Part shown: positions 1 to 9,300 of the stretch, piece by piece
How the letters are laid out: every line of letters begins with the position of its first letter
How positions within the stretch are numbered: the stretch's first letter is position 1
NCBI GenBank assembly: GCA_035689325.1
Contig: DASSLQ010000151.1
Coordinates: 586 to 64,585 of the forward strand
DNA from: Burkholderiales bacterium
Lineage (GTDB): Bacteria; Pseudomonadota; Gammaproteobacteria; Burkholderiales; SG8-39
Length of the DNA stretch: 64,000 bases
Direction of reading: 5' to 3'
Program-made: the position numbers and the translations under genes
The notes under the pieces: generated by a model
The model's input: the letters and a program-made list of their open reading frames with translations, nothing else
Told to the model about the DNA's origin: nothing
Databases searched by the model: none

Positions 1-790
1 GGTAGCGCGCGCCTTCTTCGAATCGGCGGGCAAGGAGGAGCCGGTGCCGGCGGGGACCGTGCTCTTCTCCGAGAACGAGAAGGCGAGCCGGCTGCTCCTG
101 AAGCGCGACAAGATGTACTTCCTCGTCGAAGGCGTGATCTCGCTCACGGCCAAGAGCCAGCCGCTCGGGGCCGTCAAGGCCGGCGAGATCTTTGGCGAGA
201 TGGCGGCGCTGAGCGACTCGCCGCGCAGCGCGAGCGCCGTGGCGAAGACGGTCTGCCGGGTGATCGCGCTCGACGACAAGGGCTTCGCCGCGGCGCTGCA
301 GAAGCAGCCCGAGTTCGCGCTGATGATGCTCGGTACCATGATCATGCGGCTGCGCGGCATGATCGCCAAGCTCTCGGGCGTGCCGGCGACCGGCGCGGTC
401 AAGGAATCGCGCGTCTTTGACAAGGCGCTGCTCGAAACGATGGTGAACGGCCTGGGCGATCGGGCGATCGTGCGCTACGACGCGGGCAAGGTGATCATGG
501 TCGCCGGGCAGGCGGGCGCCCTGATGTACGTGGTGACCGAAGGCCGCGTGGCGATCTCGATCCGCGGCGCGGTGGTGGAGCGCATCGGGCCGGGCGGCAT
601 CTTCGGCGAGATGGCGCTCGTCGACCAGTCGCCGCGCGCGGCGAATGCGGCAACCGAGACCGACTGCTCGCTGCTCGCCATCAACCGCAACGTCTTTCTG
701 AGCCTCGTCAAGTCGGAGCCCGCGTTCGGCATCGCGCTGCTCTCGGCCGTGGCCGAGCGGCTGCGCAATACCGCGGCCGCGCTGAACTAG
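1..790 (+). CDS. cyclic nucleotide-binding domain protein (two tandem cNMP-binding domains), 5' end outside window
   Basis: The frame is open from base 2 (VARAFFESAGKEEPVPAGTVLF...), so the listed GTG at 44 is probably internal. It has two Crp-type cNMP motifs (GEIFGEMAALSDSPRSASAVA and GGIFGEMALVDQSPRAANA). Stop at 788-790. Confidence 0.75.
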   Translation, partial: VARAFFESAGKEEPVPAGTVLFSENEKASRLLLKRDKMYFLVEGVISLTAKSQPLGAVKAGEIFGEMAALSDSPRSASAVAKTVCRVIALDDKGFAAALQKQPEFALMMLGTMIMRLRGMIAKLSGVPATGAVKESRVFDKALLETMVNGLGDRAIVRYDAGKVIMVAGQAGALMYVVTEGRVAISIRGAVVERIGPGGIFGEMALVDQSPRAANAATETDCSLLAINRNVFLSLVKSEPAFGIALLSAVAERLRNTAAALN

Positions 791-819
791 GTAGAATTTT
801 TCAAACCCCAGGAGGAAAA

Positions 820-1719
820 ATGAACAACGCCGTTGCTCTGCTCGCCGCCGCCGCCCTCGGCTTTGCCGCCGCGGCCGGCGCCCAGGAAGGAACGCTCGAG
901 AAGGTCAAGGCTTCGGGCTCGATCACCATCGGCCACCGCGACGCCTCGATCCCCTTCTCCTACTACGACGACAAGCAGCAGCCGGTCGGCTATGCCATGG
1001 ACCTCTGCCTGCGCATCGTCGACGCGGTGAAGAGCCAGCTGAAGATGCCGAACCTGAAGGTGAACTACCAGCTCGTCACCTCCGCCAACCGCATCCCGCT
1101 GATGGCGAACGGCACCATCGACCTCGAGTGCGGCTCGACCACCAACAACCTCGAGCGCCAGAAGCAGGTCTGGTTCACGATCACGCACTTCGTCACCGCC
1201 AACCGCTGGGTGGCGAAGCGCTCCGCCAAGCTCGACAAGCTCGAGAGCCTCAAGGGCAAGACCATCGTCTCGACCGCCGGCACCACCAACATCAAGCAGA
1301 TGACCGAGCTCAACGCAGCGAAGAACCTCGGCATGAACATCATCTCGGCGAACGGCCACCCCGAAGCGTTCCAGATGGTCGAGACCGGCCGCGCGGCGGC
1401 GTTTGCCATGGACGACATCCTGCTCTACAGCCTCGTCGCCCAGGCGCGCAGCCCGAAGGACTATCACATCTCCGCCGAGGCGACCTCGGTCGAGCCCTAC
1501 GGCATCATGGTGCGCAAGGACGACGCGGCTTTCAAGAAAGTGGTCGACGCCGCGATGATGAACATCTACAAGTCGGGCGAGATCAACAAGATCTACGAGA
1601 AGTGGTTCCAGAAGCCGATCCCGCCGAAGAACCTGAACCTCAACATCCCGATGAGCCCGCAGTTCAAGAAGGTGGTCGCACACCCGACCGACTCCGGCGA
1701 CCCGAACGAGTATAAATAG
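820..1719 (+). CDS. gltI: glutamate/aspartate ABC transporter periplasmic substrate-binding protein
   Basis: It has a signal peptide (MNNAVALLAAAALGFAAAAGAQE) and a family 3 SBP body (ITIGHRDASIPFSYYD...GTIDLECGSTTNN). GGAGGA SD lies 7 nt upstream. It is followed by two permease genes and an ATPase gene. Confidence 0.9.
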   Translation: MNNAVALLAAAALGFAAAAGAQEGTLEKVKASGSITIGHRDASIPFSYYDDKQQPVGYAMDLCLRIVDAVKSQLKMPNLKVNYQLVTSANRIPLMANGTIDLECGSTTNNLERQKQVWFTITHFVTANRWVAKRSAKLDKLESLKGKTIVSTAGTTNIKQMTELNAAKNLGMNIISANGHPEAFQMVETGRAAAFAMDDILLYSLVAQARSPKDYHISAEATSVEPYGIMVRKDDAAFKKVVDAAMMNIYKSGEINKIYEKWFQKPIPPKNLNLNIPMSPQFKKVVAHPTDSGDPNEYK

Positions 1720-1738
1720 CCGCGCGTAGCTCGCGCGG
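1720..1738 (+). promoter_or_regulatory. intercistronic stem-loop between gltI and gltJ
   Basis: CCGCGCG-tagct-CGCGCGG is a perfect 7-bp stem directly after the gltI stop, followed by a GGAGGGGG SD and the GTG of gltJ. This is the typical position for a binding-protein/permease expression-ratio hairpin in ABC operons. Confidence 0.4.
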
Positions 1739-1747
1739 AGGGGGCGC

Positions 1748-2506
1748 GTGCATTACAGCTGGCACTGGCAGGTCCTGCTCGAGGCGGAGCCCGGCGGCAC
1801 CGGGACGTACCTGCACTATCTGATCGTCGGGCTCGGCTGGACGCTTGCCACCGCGGCTGCCGCCTGGGTGATCGCGCTCATCATCGGCGCGTTTGTCGGC
1901 ACGGTGCGCACCACGACCGCCCGCTGGGCGGTACGCATCGGCAACCTCTATGTCGAGATCTTCCGCAACATCCCGCTCATTGTGCAGATGTTCCTGTGGT
2001 TCTTCGTCGTGCCGGAATTCCTGCCCGAGGCGCTCGGCGACTGGATCAAGCAGATGCCGCCGCCCTGGGGCTCGTACGTGCCGGCGGTCATGTGCCTCGG
2101 CATCTTCACCTCGGTGCGCGTCGCCGAGCAGGTGCGCGCCGGCATCAATTCGCTGCCGCGCGGCCAGCGCATGGCAGGCACCGCGCTCGGCCTCACCCAG
2201 GCGCAGACCTATCGCTACGTGATCCTGCCGCAGGCCGTCCGCATCATCCTGCCGCCGCTTACGTCCGAGACGATGAACATCATCAAGAACTCCTCGGTAG
2301 CGCTGACCATCGGGCTGCTCGAGCTCACCGGCCGCGCGCGCGCCATGCAGGAGTTCAGCTTCCGCGTGTTCGAGGCGTTCAGCGCCGCCACGGTGATCTA
2401 CCTCCTCACCAACCTCGTTGTCGTGCTGGCGATGCGCGTGCTGGAGAACCGCGTGCGCGTGCCGGGACTGATCGCCGCGGGCGGTGCACCGCAGGCGGGG
2501 CACTGA
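1748..2506 (+). CDS. gltJ: glutamate/aspartate ABC transporter permease
   Basis: GTG start. Polytopic membrane protein with a His/Glu/Gln/Arg-type permease EAA-like loop ([20 protein letters not shown]). Confidence 0.88.
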   Translation: MHYSWHWQVLLEAEPGGTGTYLHYLIVGLGWTLATAAAAWVIALIIGAFVGTVRTTTARWAVRIGNLYVEIFRNIPLIVQMFLWFFVVPEFLPEALGDWIKQMPPPWGSYVPAVMCLGIFTSVRVAEQVRAGINSLPRGQRMAGTALGLTQAQTYRYVILPQAVRIILPPLTSETMNIIKNSSVALTIGLLELTGRARAMQEFSFRVFEAFSAATVIYLLTNLVVVLAMRVLENRVRVPGLIAAGGAPQAGH

Positions 2507-3192
2507 TGGGCTTCGACTGGGACGTCATCGAGCGCTCGCTGCCGTACCTGTTCCGCGACGGCATGACCTTCACGGTGACGCTGACACTGCTCGCGATGAC
2601 GGGCGGCATCATTTTCGGCACGCTGCTCGCGATGATGCGGCTCTCGGCGCTGAAGCCGCTCGCGATGCTTGCCGGCAGCTACGTCAACCTGATGCGCTCG
2701 ATTCCGCTGGTGCTCGTGATCTTCTGGTTCTTCTTCCTCGTGCCTTACATCGGTGCCTGGATCCTGCGCGAGTCGCAGCCGATCAAGGTCGGCGCCTGGC
2801 TCTCGGCGGTGATCACCTTCACCATGTTCGAGGCCGCGTACTACTGCGAGATCATGCGTGCGGGCATCCAGTCGATTCCGCGCGGGCAGGTGTGGTCGGG
2901 CTATGCGCTCGGGCTCAACTACTGGCAGACCATGGCGAGAATCGTGCTGCCGCAAGCGTTTCGCAACATGCTGCCCGTGCTCTTGACCCAGACCATCATC
3001 CTGTTCCAGGACACGTCGCTCGTTTACGTGATCTCGGCCACCGACTTCCTCGGCGCCGCGGCGAAGATCGCCAACCGCGACTATCGGCTGGTCGAGATGT
3101 ACAGTTTCGTCGCCGTGGTGTACTTCATCATCTCGTACGCGCTGTCCCTGCTCGTCAAACGCTTTCAGGACAGGATCGCCATCATCCGATGA
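2506..3192 (+). CDS. gltK: glutamate/aspartate ABC transporter permease
   Basis: The ATG overlaps the gltJ TGA (TGATG). [16 protein letters not shown]... with loop [20 protein letters not shown]. This is the internal part of the long track ORF 1996..3192. Confidence 0.88.
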   Translation: MGFDWDVIERSLPYLFRDGMTFTVTLTLLAMTGGIIFGTLLAMMRLSALKPLAMLAGSYVNLMRSIPLVLVIFWFFFLVPYIGAWILRESQPIKVGAWLSAVITFTMFEAAYYCEIMRAGIQSIPRGQVWSGYALGLNYWQTMARIVLPQAFRNMLPVLLTQTIILFQDTSLVYVISATDFLGAAAKIANRDYRLVEMYSFVAVVYFIISYALSLLVKRFQDRIAIIR

Positions 3193-3917
3193 TCTCGCTC
3201 AAGAAAGTGAGCAAGTGGTACGGCAGCTTCCAGGTCCTCGCCGACTGCACTACCGAAGTGGCCAAAGGCGAAGTGGTCGTGGTGTGCGGGCCTTCCGGCA
3301 GCGGCAAGTCCACGCTCATCAAGTGCGTCAATGCGCTCGAGCCCTTCCAGCAGGGCGAGATCGTCGTCAATGGCATCTCGGTAGGCGATCCGAAGACCGA
3401 CCTGCCGAAGCTGCGCTCGCGCGTCGGCATGGTGTTCCAGCACTTCGAGCTCTTCCCGCACATGACGGTGACGCAGAACCTCACCCTCGGCCAGATCAAG
3501 GTGCTCGGCCGCTCGGAGCAGGAGGCGCGCGAGAAAGGACTCAAGCTCCTCGAGCGCGTCGGGCTGCTCGCGCACAAGGACAAGTATCCGGGCCAGCTCT
3601 CCGGCGGCCAGCAGCAGCGCGTGGCGATCGCGCGCGCGCTGTCGATGGATCCGATCGCCATGCTGTTCGACGAGCCGACCTCCGCGCTCGACCCGGAGAT
3701 GATCAACGAGGTGCTCGACGTCATGGTCCAGCTCGCGCGCGAAGGCATGACCATGATGGTGGTGACGCACGAGATGGGCTTCGCCCGCAAGGTCGCGCAC
3801 CGCGTCATCTTCATGGACGCCGGCCGCATCGTCGAAGACGACAGCAAGGAGCAGTTCTTCGGCACGCCGCGCTCCGAGCGCGCGCAGCTATTCCTCTCGA
3901 AGATCCTGCAGCACTAG
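3189..3917 (+). CDS. gltL: glutamate/aspartate ABC transporter ATP-binding protein
   Basis: ATGA overlap with gltK. Walker [10 protein letters not shown], signature [15 protein letters not shown], Walker [12 protein letters not shown]. Confidence 0.93.
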   Translation: MISLKKVSKWYGSFQVLADCTTEVAKGEVVVVCGPSGSGKSTLIKCVNALEPFQQGEIVVNGISVGDPKTDLPKLRSRVGMVFQHFELFPHMTVTQNLTLGQIKVLGRSEQEAREKGLKLLERVGLLAHKDKYPGQLSGGQQQRVAIARALSMDPIAMLFDEPTSALDPEMINEVLDVMVQLAREGMTMMVVTHEMGFARKVAHRVIFMDAGRIVEDDSKEQFFGTPRSERAQLFLSKILQH

Positions 3918-4613
3918 CTACCTGGCCGGCGCGGCCGGCGCCTGCTTCTCGACCTTCTTCGCCATCACTTCGGGGATGCGGTAGTCCGGATAGCGCTCGC
4001 GGAACCGCGCGAGCTCCTTGTCCGCTTCCTCGTCCCGGCCAAGCTCGCGCAGACGCGCAATGCGTGTGAGCCACTCATCCGGCGGCACCTCGTCCCGCAA
4101 CGCTGCGCTCGCAGCACTACGCTGCGCGCCCATTGAACGCTGGAGCTGTGGCGCGGCACGCGTTTCGTCAGCGCGCTTGCGCTCGCCCTCGGCGCCAACA
4201 CCGGCGGCGGGCGCGGCGACGTTTGCACTTGGCGCTGGCGGGGGCGCGGGTGCCGGCTCCGGCGCAAACTGCGGCGCCTGCTCGGCGCGGCGACCTGCGG
4301 CGGGCTTCGCCGGCGCTGCGGCGGGCGCTTTGCGCTCCTGCGGCGCCACCTTATCCTGCGCTGGCGCAGCGACTGCCGGCGGCGACGGCTCGCTCATCGG
4401 CGCCTGGTCCGGCGGCTGGCGTTCGACCTGCACGACGATCGCGACGGCGAAGACGAGCACCGCCGCCGCGGCGAGCGATGGATACCAGCGATTGCGCCGG
4501 GTCGTGGCGCGTCGCGCGGCGGCGAGGATCGCGCGATCGAGCTCCGGCGGCGGCTCTTCGCCTCCGAGCGCGCGGTAGCGCTGCGAGATTTGCGGGTCGC
4601 GTTCGTCAGCCAT
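3918..4613 (-). CDS. putative membrane-anchored anti-sigma factor (no ZAS motif)
   Basis: It overlaps the stop of the upstream ECF sigma gene by 8 nt. It has a short cytoplasmic N-terminus, one TM segment (WYPSLAAAAVLVFAVAIVV), a Pro/Ala-rich linker and a helical C-terminus. The call is by position and architecture only. Confidence 0.5.
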   Translation of the reverse strand: MADERDPQISQRYRALGGEEPPPELDRAILAAARRATTRRNRWYPSLAAAAVLVFAVAIVVQVERQPPDQAPMSEPSPPAVAAPAQDKVAPQERKAPAAAPAKPAAGRRAEQAPQFAPEPAPAPPPAPSANVAAPAAGVGAEGERKRADETRAAPQLQRSMGAQRSAASAALRDEVPPDEWLTRIARLRELGRDEEADKELARFRERYPDYRIPEVMAKKVEKQAPAAPAR

Positions 4614-5142
4614 CGTTGAGTGCCGCCTTCAGCTTCGCCATCGCATAGCGCAGCCGGCTTTTCGCCGCTTCCTCGTTGCTGCCCGTCGCCGCGGCGATCT
4701 CGGCGACGCTGAGGCCGCTCTCCTCGTGGAGCAAGAACGCTTCCCGCTGCAGCGCGGGCAGCGCATCGAGCGCCGCCGCGAAGCGCGCCAGCGCCTCGCG
4801 CGCCTGGGCCGCGTCGGCCGGGTCGGGATCGTCCGACGCCGGCAGCTCCTCGCCATCGAGCGCCACCAGCGTCAGGCCGCGCTTTCGCCAATGATCCACG
4901 AGATGGTTATGCGCGATGGTGTACAGCCACGTCGTAAAGCGCGCCTGCGGTGTGTATCGCCCTCGCGCTTCGATCACGCGCATCCAGATCTCCTGGAAGA
5001 GCTCCTCGGCCACCGCGCGCGCCTTTACCGCCCGCAGCACGAAGCGATAAAGGCGCGTCCGGTGGCGCGCATACAGAGTGTCGAAGGCCCCGGCGTTTCC
5101 AGTCTTATACGCGAGCATGAGCTCCTCGTCCGGGGCCTCCAT
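4606..5142 (-). CDS. ECF (sigma-70 family, group 4) RNA polymerase sigma factor
   Basis: Region 2 (FDTLYARHRTRLYRFVLR...AEELFQEIWMRVI...FTTWLYTIAHNHLVDHWRK) and region 4 (LPALQREAFLLHEESGLSVAEIAAATGSNEEAAKSRLRYA). Confidence 0.9.
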   Translation of the reverse strand: MEAPDEELMLAYKTGNAGAFDTLYARHRTRLYRFVLRAVKARAVAEELFQEIWMRVIEARGRYTPQARFTTWLYTIAHNHLVDHWRKRGLTLVALDGEELPASDDPDPADAAQAREALARFAAALDALPALQREAFLLHEESGLSVAEIAAATGSNEEAAKSRLRYAMAKLKAALNDG

Positions 5143-5151
5143 GCCCCGGGA

Positions 5152-5904
5152 TTATCCCGGCGGATCGGCGGCAAACCTAATGCCTGCGCCCGGGAAGGGC
5201 TGCGGCAGCGGCGCGATCGGCGGCTGGGACTCGCGGATCACGCCGCGTGCAACCAGGTTGCGATAGCTGTCGTAGTACAGCGTGACCGTCTCGACGGGTG
5301 TGCTCGTGGCGCGCTCGAAGGCGACTTGCCGCACCTGCGACGTTTCGCGCCGCCCGTGGCCCGTACCGAGCTTGGCCTCCTCCTGCGCGCGCGGCGCGGC
5401 AGCGCCGTCCGCGTTTGCTTCTCGCCGCGACATCGACGGCGCGGGCGCAATGGCAACCGGCGGCGCCTTCTTACGAAAAACAGCGACACCGATCGCGCCG
5501 ACATTGTCCGGGCGCCCAGTGCGCGCCGCATAAGAGTCGGCGAGCGCGGTGAAGTAGAAGGCCGCCGTCTCGCTCAAGCTCTTGCGCCAGCCGAGGATGT
5601 CGTAGCCCTGGCCCGCGCCCAGCACATATCCCGTCTGCGAGGGACTAGCCGTCTCGCCGCTGATCACGTTCACGCCGTCCACCGAAACGACCGTGAGCAC
5701 GTCTTCGCGCAGGCGGTTACGCACGCTCACCTGATATTCGTTGCCCGGCTTTCCCACGACATACGCCCTGCCGTCGTGCCAGTACATCGGCAAGGGCCGC
5801 GCTTCGGTGCGGTCGTACACCGTGAGATCCACCAGCCGGCCGTGCGCGTGCACTGTGCCGGCGCAGAGTAATGCCACCATCGTCATCCATGTGCGCTCGT
5901 TCAT
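5152..5904 (-). CDS. secreted protein of unknown function, first gene of the ECF sigma operon
   Basis: I prefer the ATG at 5904 (MNERTWMTMVALLCAGTVHAHG, a signal peptide) preceded by AAGGGGAAG SD, over the TTG at 5952. It ends 10 nt before the sigma gene. I recognise no domain. Confidence 0.6.
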   Translation of the reverse strand: MNERTWMTMVALLCAGTVHAHGRLVDLTVYDRTEARPLPMYWHDGRAYVVGKPGNEYQVSVRNRLREDVLTVVSVDGVNVISGETASPSQTGYVLGAGQGYDILGWRKSLSETAAFYFTALADSYAARTGRPDNVGAIGVAVFRKKAPPVAIAPAPSMSRREANADGAAAPRAQEEAKLGTGHGRRETSQVRQVAFERATSTPVETVTLYYDSYRNLVARGVIRESQPPIAPLPQPFPGAGIRFAADPPG

Positions 5905-5937
5905 GTTCTTCCCCTTGTTTGGTTGGCCATACGACAT

Positions 5938-5968
5938 GAAACGAAGGCGCAACAGAAAAGGGTTAAAC
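5938..5968 (-). promoter_or_regulatory. candidate ECF-type promoter (GTTTAAC-N18-CGTTTC)
   Basis: On the minus strand, GTTTAAC (5968-5962) and CGTTTC (5943-5938) lie about 35 nt upstream of the operon start. This resembles the AAC-N16/17-CGT ECF architecture, but the spacer is 18 nt. Confidence 0.25.
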
Positions 5969-6047
5969 CATGCGCGTCGCTATTTCCCCTACAACATGGA
6001 TGCGCGCGCGCCGCGTAGAATCCGCCGCTTCCCTGAACGGTTGAAGA

Positions 6048-6461
6048 ATGAAGAACGGCAAGCCATTTCCAATTCCGGTCCGCGTTCACGCTTCCGAGCC
6101 GCGCGTGCGCTATTCATGCGCGAAGTGCCCGGCGTATTGCTGCAGCTATCCCGACATCGAAGTAACGCCGCGCGATATCGAGCGCCTGGGCAAGCGCCAT
6201 GGGATGGGCTATCGCGAGGCGGAGGAGCGGTTTACGAAATACGATCCGAAGGACAAGGTGCGGCTGCTGCGGCACCAGAAGGACACGGTGTTCGCCACCG
6301 TCTGCATGTTCCTCGACCGCGAGACCCGCCGCTGCACGGTCTATGAGTCGCGGCCGAGAGTGTGCCGCGACTACCCCGAGAGCTCACGCTGCGGGTATTA
6401 CGACTTCCTGCGCTTCGAGCGTTCCCACCAGGCCGATCCAGAGTTCATCGCGACGACTTAA
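6048..6461 (+). CDS. YkgJ-family (UPF0153) cysteine-cluster protein
   Basis: CAKCPAYCC...CMFLDRETRRCTVYESRPRVCRDYP, the characteristic CxxCxxCC plus distal Cys pattern. Confidence 0.8.
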   Translation: MKNGKPFPIPVRVHASEPRVRYSCAKCPAYCCSYPDIEVTPRDIERLGKRHGMGYREAEERFTKYDPKDKVRLLRHQKDTVFATVCMFLDRETRRCTVYESRPRVCRDYPESSRCGYYDFLRFERSHQADPEFIATT

Positions 6462-8127
6462 GCGCCTTCTCGCGGATCGCAGAGAGGGTGGTGGCCGGCG
6501 TAATGGCGTCCGGATCGATGCGCAATTCAATCAGCGCGGGCTTGCCGGCGTTCCAGGCGCGCTCGAACGCAGGCGCGAAGTCGGCGGTGCGCGCCACGCT
6601 CTCGCCGTGCGCGCCGAAGGCGCGCGCATAGGCGACGAAGTCCGGGTTCTGCAGCGTCGTCCCGTACACGCGACCGGGATACTCGCGCTCCTGGTGCATG
6701 CGGATCGTGCCGTAGAGGCCGTTATTGATGATGAGCGCCACGAACACCGCGCCGTATTGCACGGCCGTGGCGAGCTCCTGGCCGTTCATGAGGAAATCGC
6801 CGTCGCCGCAGAGCGCAATCACCGGGCGCTTGGGCTGCGCGAGCTTGGCGGCAAGGCCGGCCGGGAAGCCGTAGCCCATCGAGCCGTTGGTCGAGCCGAG
6901 CTGCGTGCGGAAGCCCTTGTAGCGGAAATGCCGGTGCAGCCAGCCCGCGAAATTCCCGGCGCCGCCTGCGATGATGGTGTCCTCGGGCAGGCGATCGGAG
7001 AGCCACTTGATCACTTCGCCGTATTGCAGCTCACCGGGCATCTGCCGCGGCGTCGTCCACTCGAGGTAGTTCCTGCGCAGCGCCTGCGTATCGGCTCGCC
7101 AGGCGGGCTTGTCGAACGAGAGGCGCTCGAGCGCTTCCACGAACTGCGCATTGCCGGCGTTGATCGCGAGCGCCGGGCGATAGACGCGCCCGAGTTCCTC
7201 GGCGCCCGCGTGCACGTGGATGAGCGTCTGCTGCGGCACGGGCGCCTCCACGAGGGTGTAAGCGCTCGTCGTCATTTCGCCGAGGCGCGCGCCGATCACG
7301 AGCAGCACGTCGGCCTTCTTGATCCGCTCCGCGAGCTGCGGATTGATGCCGATGCCCACATCGCCAGCGTAATGGCCGCTGCGATTGTCGAACAGGTCCT
7401 GGCAGCGGAACGATGTGCCGACCGCGAGGCCGTTCGCTTCGATCCAGCGCTGCAGCCGCGCGCATGCGTCGCGGTCCCAGCCGCCCCCACCGAGCAGCAC
7501 GAACGGCCGCTGCGCGCCATCGAGCAGCTTGCGCACCTCCTCCATCTCCGCCGGCGACGGCGCTGGACGCACAGTGTGGTGCTTCGCTACATCGGCGACA
7601 GCGGCCTGCGAGAACAGCGTGTCCTCCGGCAATGCGAGCACCACCGGGCCGGGGCGGCCGGCACACGCGGTGTGAAATGCATGACTCACGTACTCCGGGA
7701 TGCGCTCGACGCGGTCGATCTGCCCCACCCACTTCGCGAGCTGGCCGTACATGCGCCGGTAGTCGATTTCCTGGAACGCTTCGCGCTCGGCGAATTCGTT
7801 CGGCACCTGGCCGATGAACACGACGAGCGGCGTCGAATCCTGCAGGGCGGTGTGCACGCCGATCGCGCCGTTGGTGGCGCCGGGCCCGCGCGTCACGAAG
7901 AGCACGCCCGGCTCGCCGGTGAGCTTGCCGTAGGCCTCGGCCATGTACGAGGCGCCCCCTTCCTGCCGGCAGACGATGAACTTGATCTCGCTGCGCAGGT
8001 CGTGCAGCCCGTCGAGCACCGGCAGATAGCTCTCGCCCGGCACGCCAAAGGCAACCTTCACCCCTTGCGCAGCGAGCGCGTCGGCGAGGATGCGCCCGCC
8101 GTGCCGCGTCTTCAGATCCGGCTTCAT
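6445..8127 (-). CDS. thiamine pyrophosphate-binding enzyme, acetolactate synthase large subunit-like
   Basis: True start is at 8127 (MKPDLKTRHGGRILADALAAQGVKVAFGVPGESYLPVLDGL), in ATGA overlap with the upstream esterase gene. TPP motif GDGDFLMNGQELATAV...NNG. There is no ilvN or ilvC neighbour, so it is not called ilvB. Confidence 0.85.
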   Translation of the reverse strand: MKPDLKTRHGGRILADALAAQGVKVAFGVPGESYLPVLDGLHDLRSEIKFIVCRQEGGASYMAEAYGKLTGEPGVLFVTRGPGATNGAIGVHTALQDSTPLVVFIGQVPNEFAEREAFQEIDYRRMYGQLAKWVGQIDRVERIPEYVSHAFHTACAGRPGPVVLALPEDTLFSQAAVADVAKHHTVRPAPSPAEMEEVRKLLDGAQRPFVLLGGGGWDRDACARLQRWIEANGLAVGTSFRCQDLFDNRSGHYAGDVGIGINPQLAERIKKADVLLVIGARLGEMTTSAYTLVEAPVPQQTLIHVHAGAEELGRVYRPALAINAGNAQFVEALERLSFDKPAWRADTQALRRNYLEWTTPRQMPGELQYGEVIKWLSDRLPEDTIIAGGAGNFAGWLHRHFRYKGFRTQLGSTNGSMGYGFPAGLAAKLAQPKRPVIALCGDGDFLMNGQELATAVQYGAVFVALIINNGLYGTIRMHQEREYPGRVYGTTLQNPDFVAYARAFGAHGESVARTADFAPAFERAWNAGKPALIELRIDPDAITPATTLSAIREKALKSSR

Positions 8128-9050
8128 ACGGTCACCTTCTCGAAGGCACGGCGCAGGGCGGCGCAGCACTCGGCAACCGCTGCATTCGCGGTGTCGAGCA
8201 CCCCGCCGAAGAGCACGAAGCCGTGCACCATGTCCGCGTACTCGCGGTAGTCGACCTCGACACCGGCCGCGCGCAGCCGCTCGGCGTAGGCGCGCCCTTC
8301 GTCGAGCAGCGGGTCGTAGCCCGCCGTGATGACGAGCGCCGGCGGCAGGTCGGCGTGGCTCCTGGCGAGGAGCGGCGAAGCGCGCCAGTCGGTCCAATCC
8401 CGCTCGTTGGGTAAGTACGCGCGCCGGAAATACTCGATCGAGTCGCGCGTCAGCAGATAGCCCTGCGCATTGCGCTCATGGGACGCCGTGGCGCAGCGCT
8501 GATCGGTGGCCGGGTAGATCAGCAGCTGGAACGCGAGCCGCGGGCCGCCGGCATCGCGCGCCATCAGCGCGACGATAGCGGCGAGGTTGCCACCGGCGCT
8601 GTCGCCCCCCACCGCGATGCCACGCACCTTCAGCTCTGCCGCATGCTCGGCGACATAGCGCGTGGCCGCGAAGCAGTCTTCCACTGCCGTCGGAAACGGG
8701 TACTCCGGCGCTAGGCGATAGTCGACGGAGACCACAACACATCGCGCGCCAACTGCGAGGCTTCGGCAAAGCACGTCATGCGTATCGAGATCGCCGATGG
8801 TCCAGCCGCCACCATGGAAGTAGACGAGTGCCGGCAGTGTCTCGCCGCGTACTGGGCGGTAAACGCGCATCGCATAGTTCTCGAAGGCAAGCAGCCGGAC
8901 CTCCGGCAGCTCGGGCGCCTTTGGCGCGAGCACCGCGCGCGTATCGCGATAGATACGCCGCGCGATGAACGGCGAGACGGTGTGATAGGGCGGCAGCGGC
9001 GAGCGCGCGACGCGCTCGAGCAACGCCTGCACCTGTGGATGGACGCTCAC
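8124..9050 (-). CDS. alpha/beta hydrolase, hormone-sensitive-lipase-type esterase
   Basis: Oxyanion HGGGW (YFHGGGWTIGD), nucleophile elbow GDSAGGNLA, and distal DPLLDEG...H. Confidence 0.85.
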   Translation of the reverse strand: MSVHPQVQALLERVARSPLPPYHTVSPFIARRIYRDTRAVLAPKAPELPEVRLLAFENYAMRVYRPVRGETLPALVYFHGGGWTIGDLDTHDVLCRSLAVGARCVVVSVDYRLAPEYPFPTAVEDCFAATRYVAEHAAELKVRGIAVGGDSAGGNLAAIVALMARDAGGPRLAFQLLIYPATDQRCATASHERNAQGYLLTRDSIEYFRRAYLPNERDWTDWRASPLLARSHADLPPALVITAGYDPLLDEGRAYAERLRAAGVEVDYREYADMVHGFVLFGGVLDTANAAVAECCAALRRAFEKVTV

Positions 9051-9300
9051 CCGGCTATTGGACGGCAGCGAGCATGCGCTTCAAGCGGTCCACGAAAAAC
9101 GGCGCGCATTTCATGATGCGGGTCTGCTGGCGTTTCATCAGCGGCCGGATCTTGGCGACGTATGCCTGCCAGTCGGGATCGGCGGACATCGGGTTAGATA
9201 TTCCGGAGCGGTGCCGGGCTGCAGGGTGTACATGCGCTCTTCGACGTACATAGGGCGGGGCGTGCAGGATGGAGGGCGGAAAGATTATATTAGGCACACC

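Noticed and set aside
6199-8250. Very long antisense ORFs opposite real genes. Examples are 6199..8250, 10397..11788, 13482..15395, 43971..45575, 45287..46675, 47752..49110, 50099..51727, 55906..57483, 58156..59592 and 61089..62840.
   Set aside because: Their translations are Arg/Ala/Gly/His-rich low-complexity strings with no recognisable motifs. The opposite strand encodes clearly recognisable conserved proteins. In GC-rich genomes stop codons are rare in shadow frames, so these are expected artefacts.
8128-8397. N-terminal extensions of track ORFs beyond the family-typical start. They affect the TPP enzyme 6445..8397, CitE 16826..18016, tyrS 24450..25907, trpG 37327..37986, lptD 57379..59685, MaoC 18866..20746 and the fused-frame ORFs 2484..3917, 10684..12993, 49415..52180 and 60543..62609.
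   Set aside because: The extensions are Arg-rich junk that overlaps the upstream gene. The internal starts give canonical N-termini and typical ATGA or short-overlap junctions.
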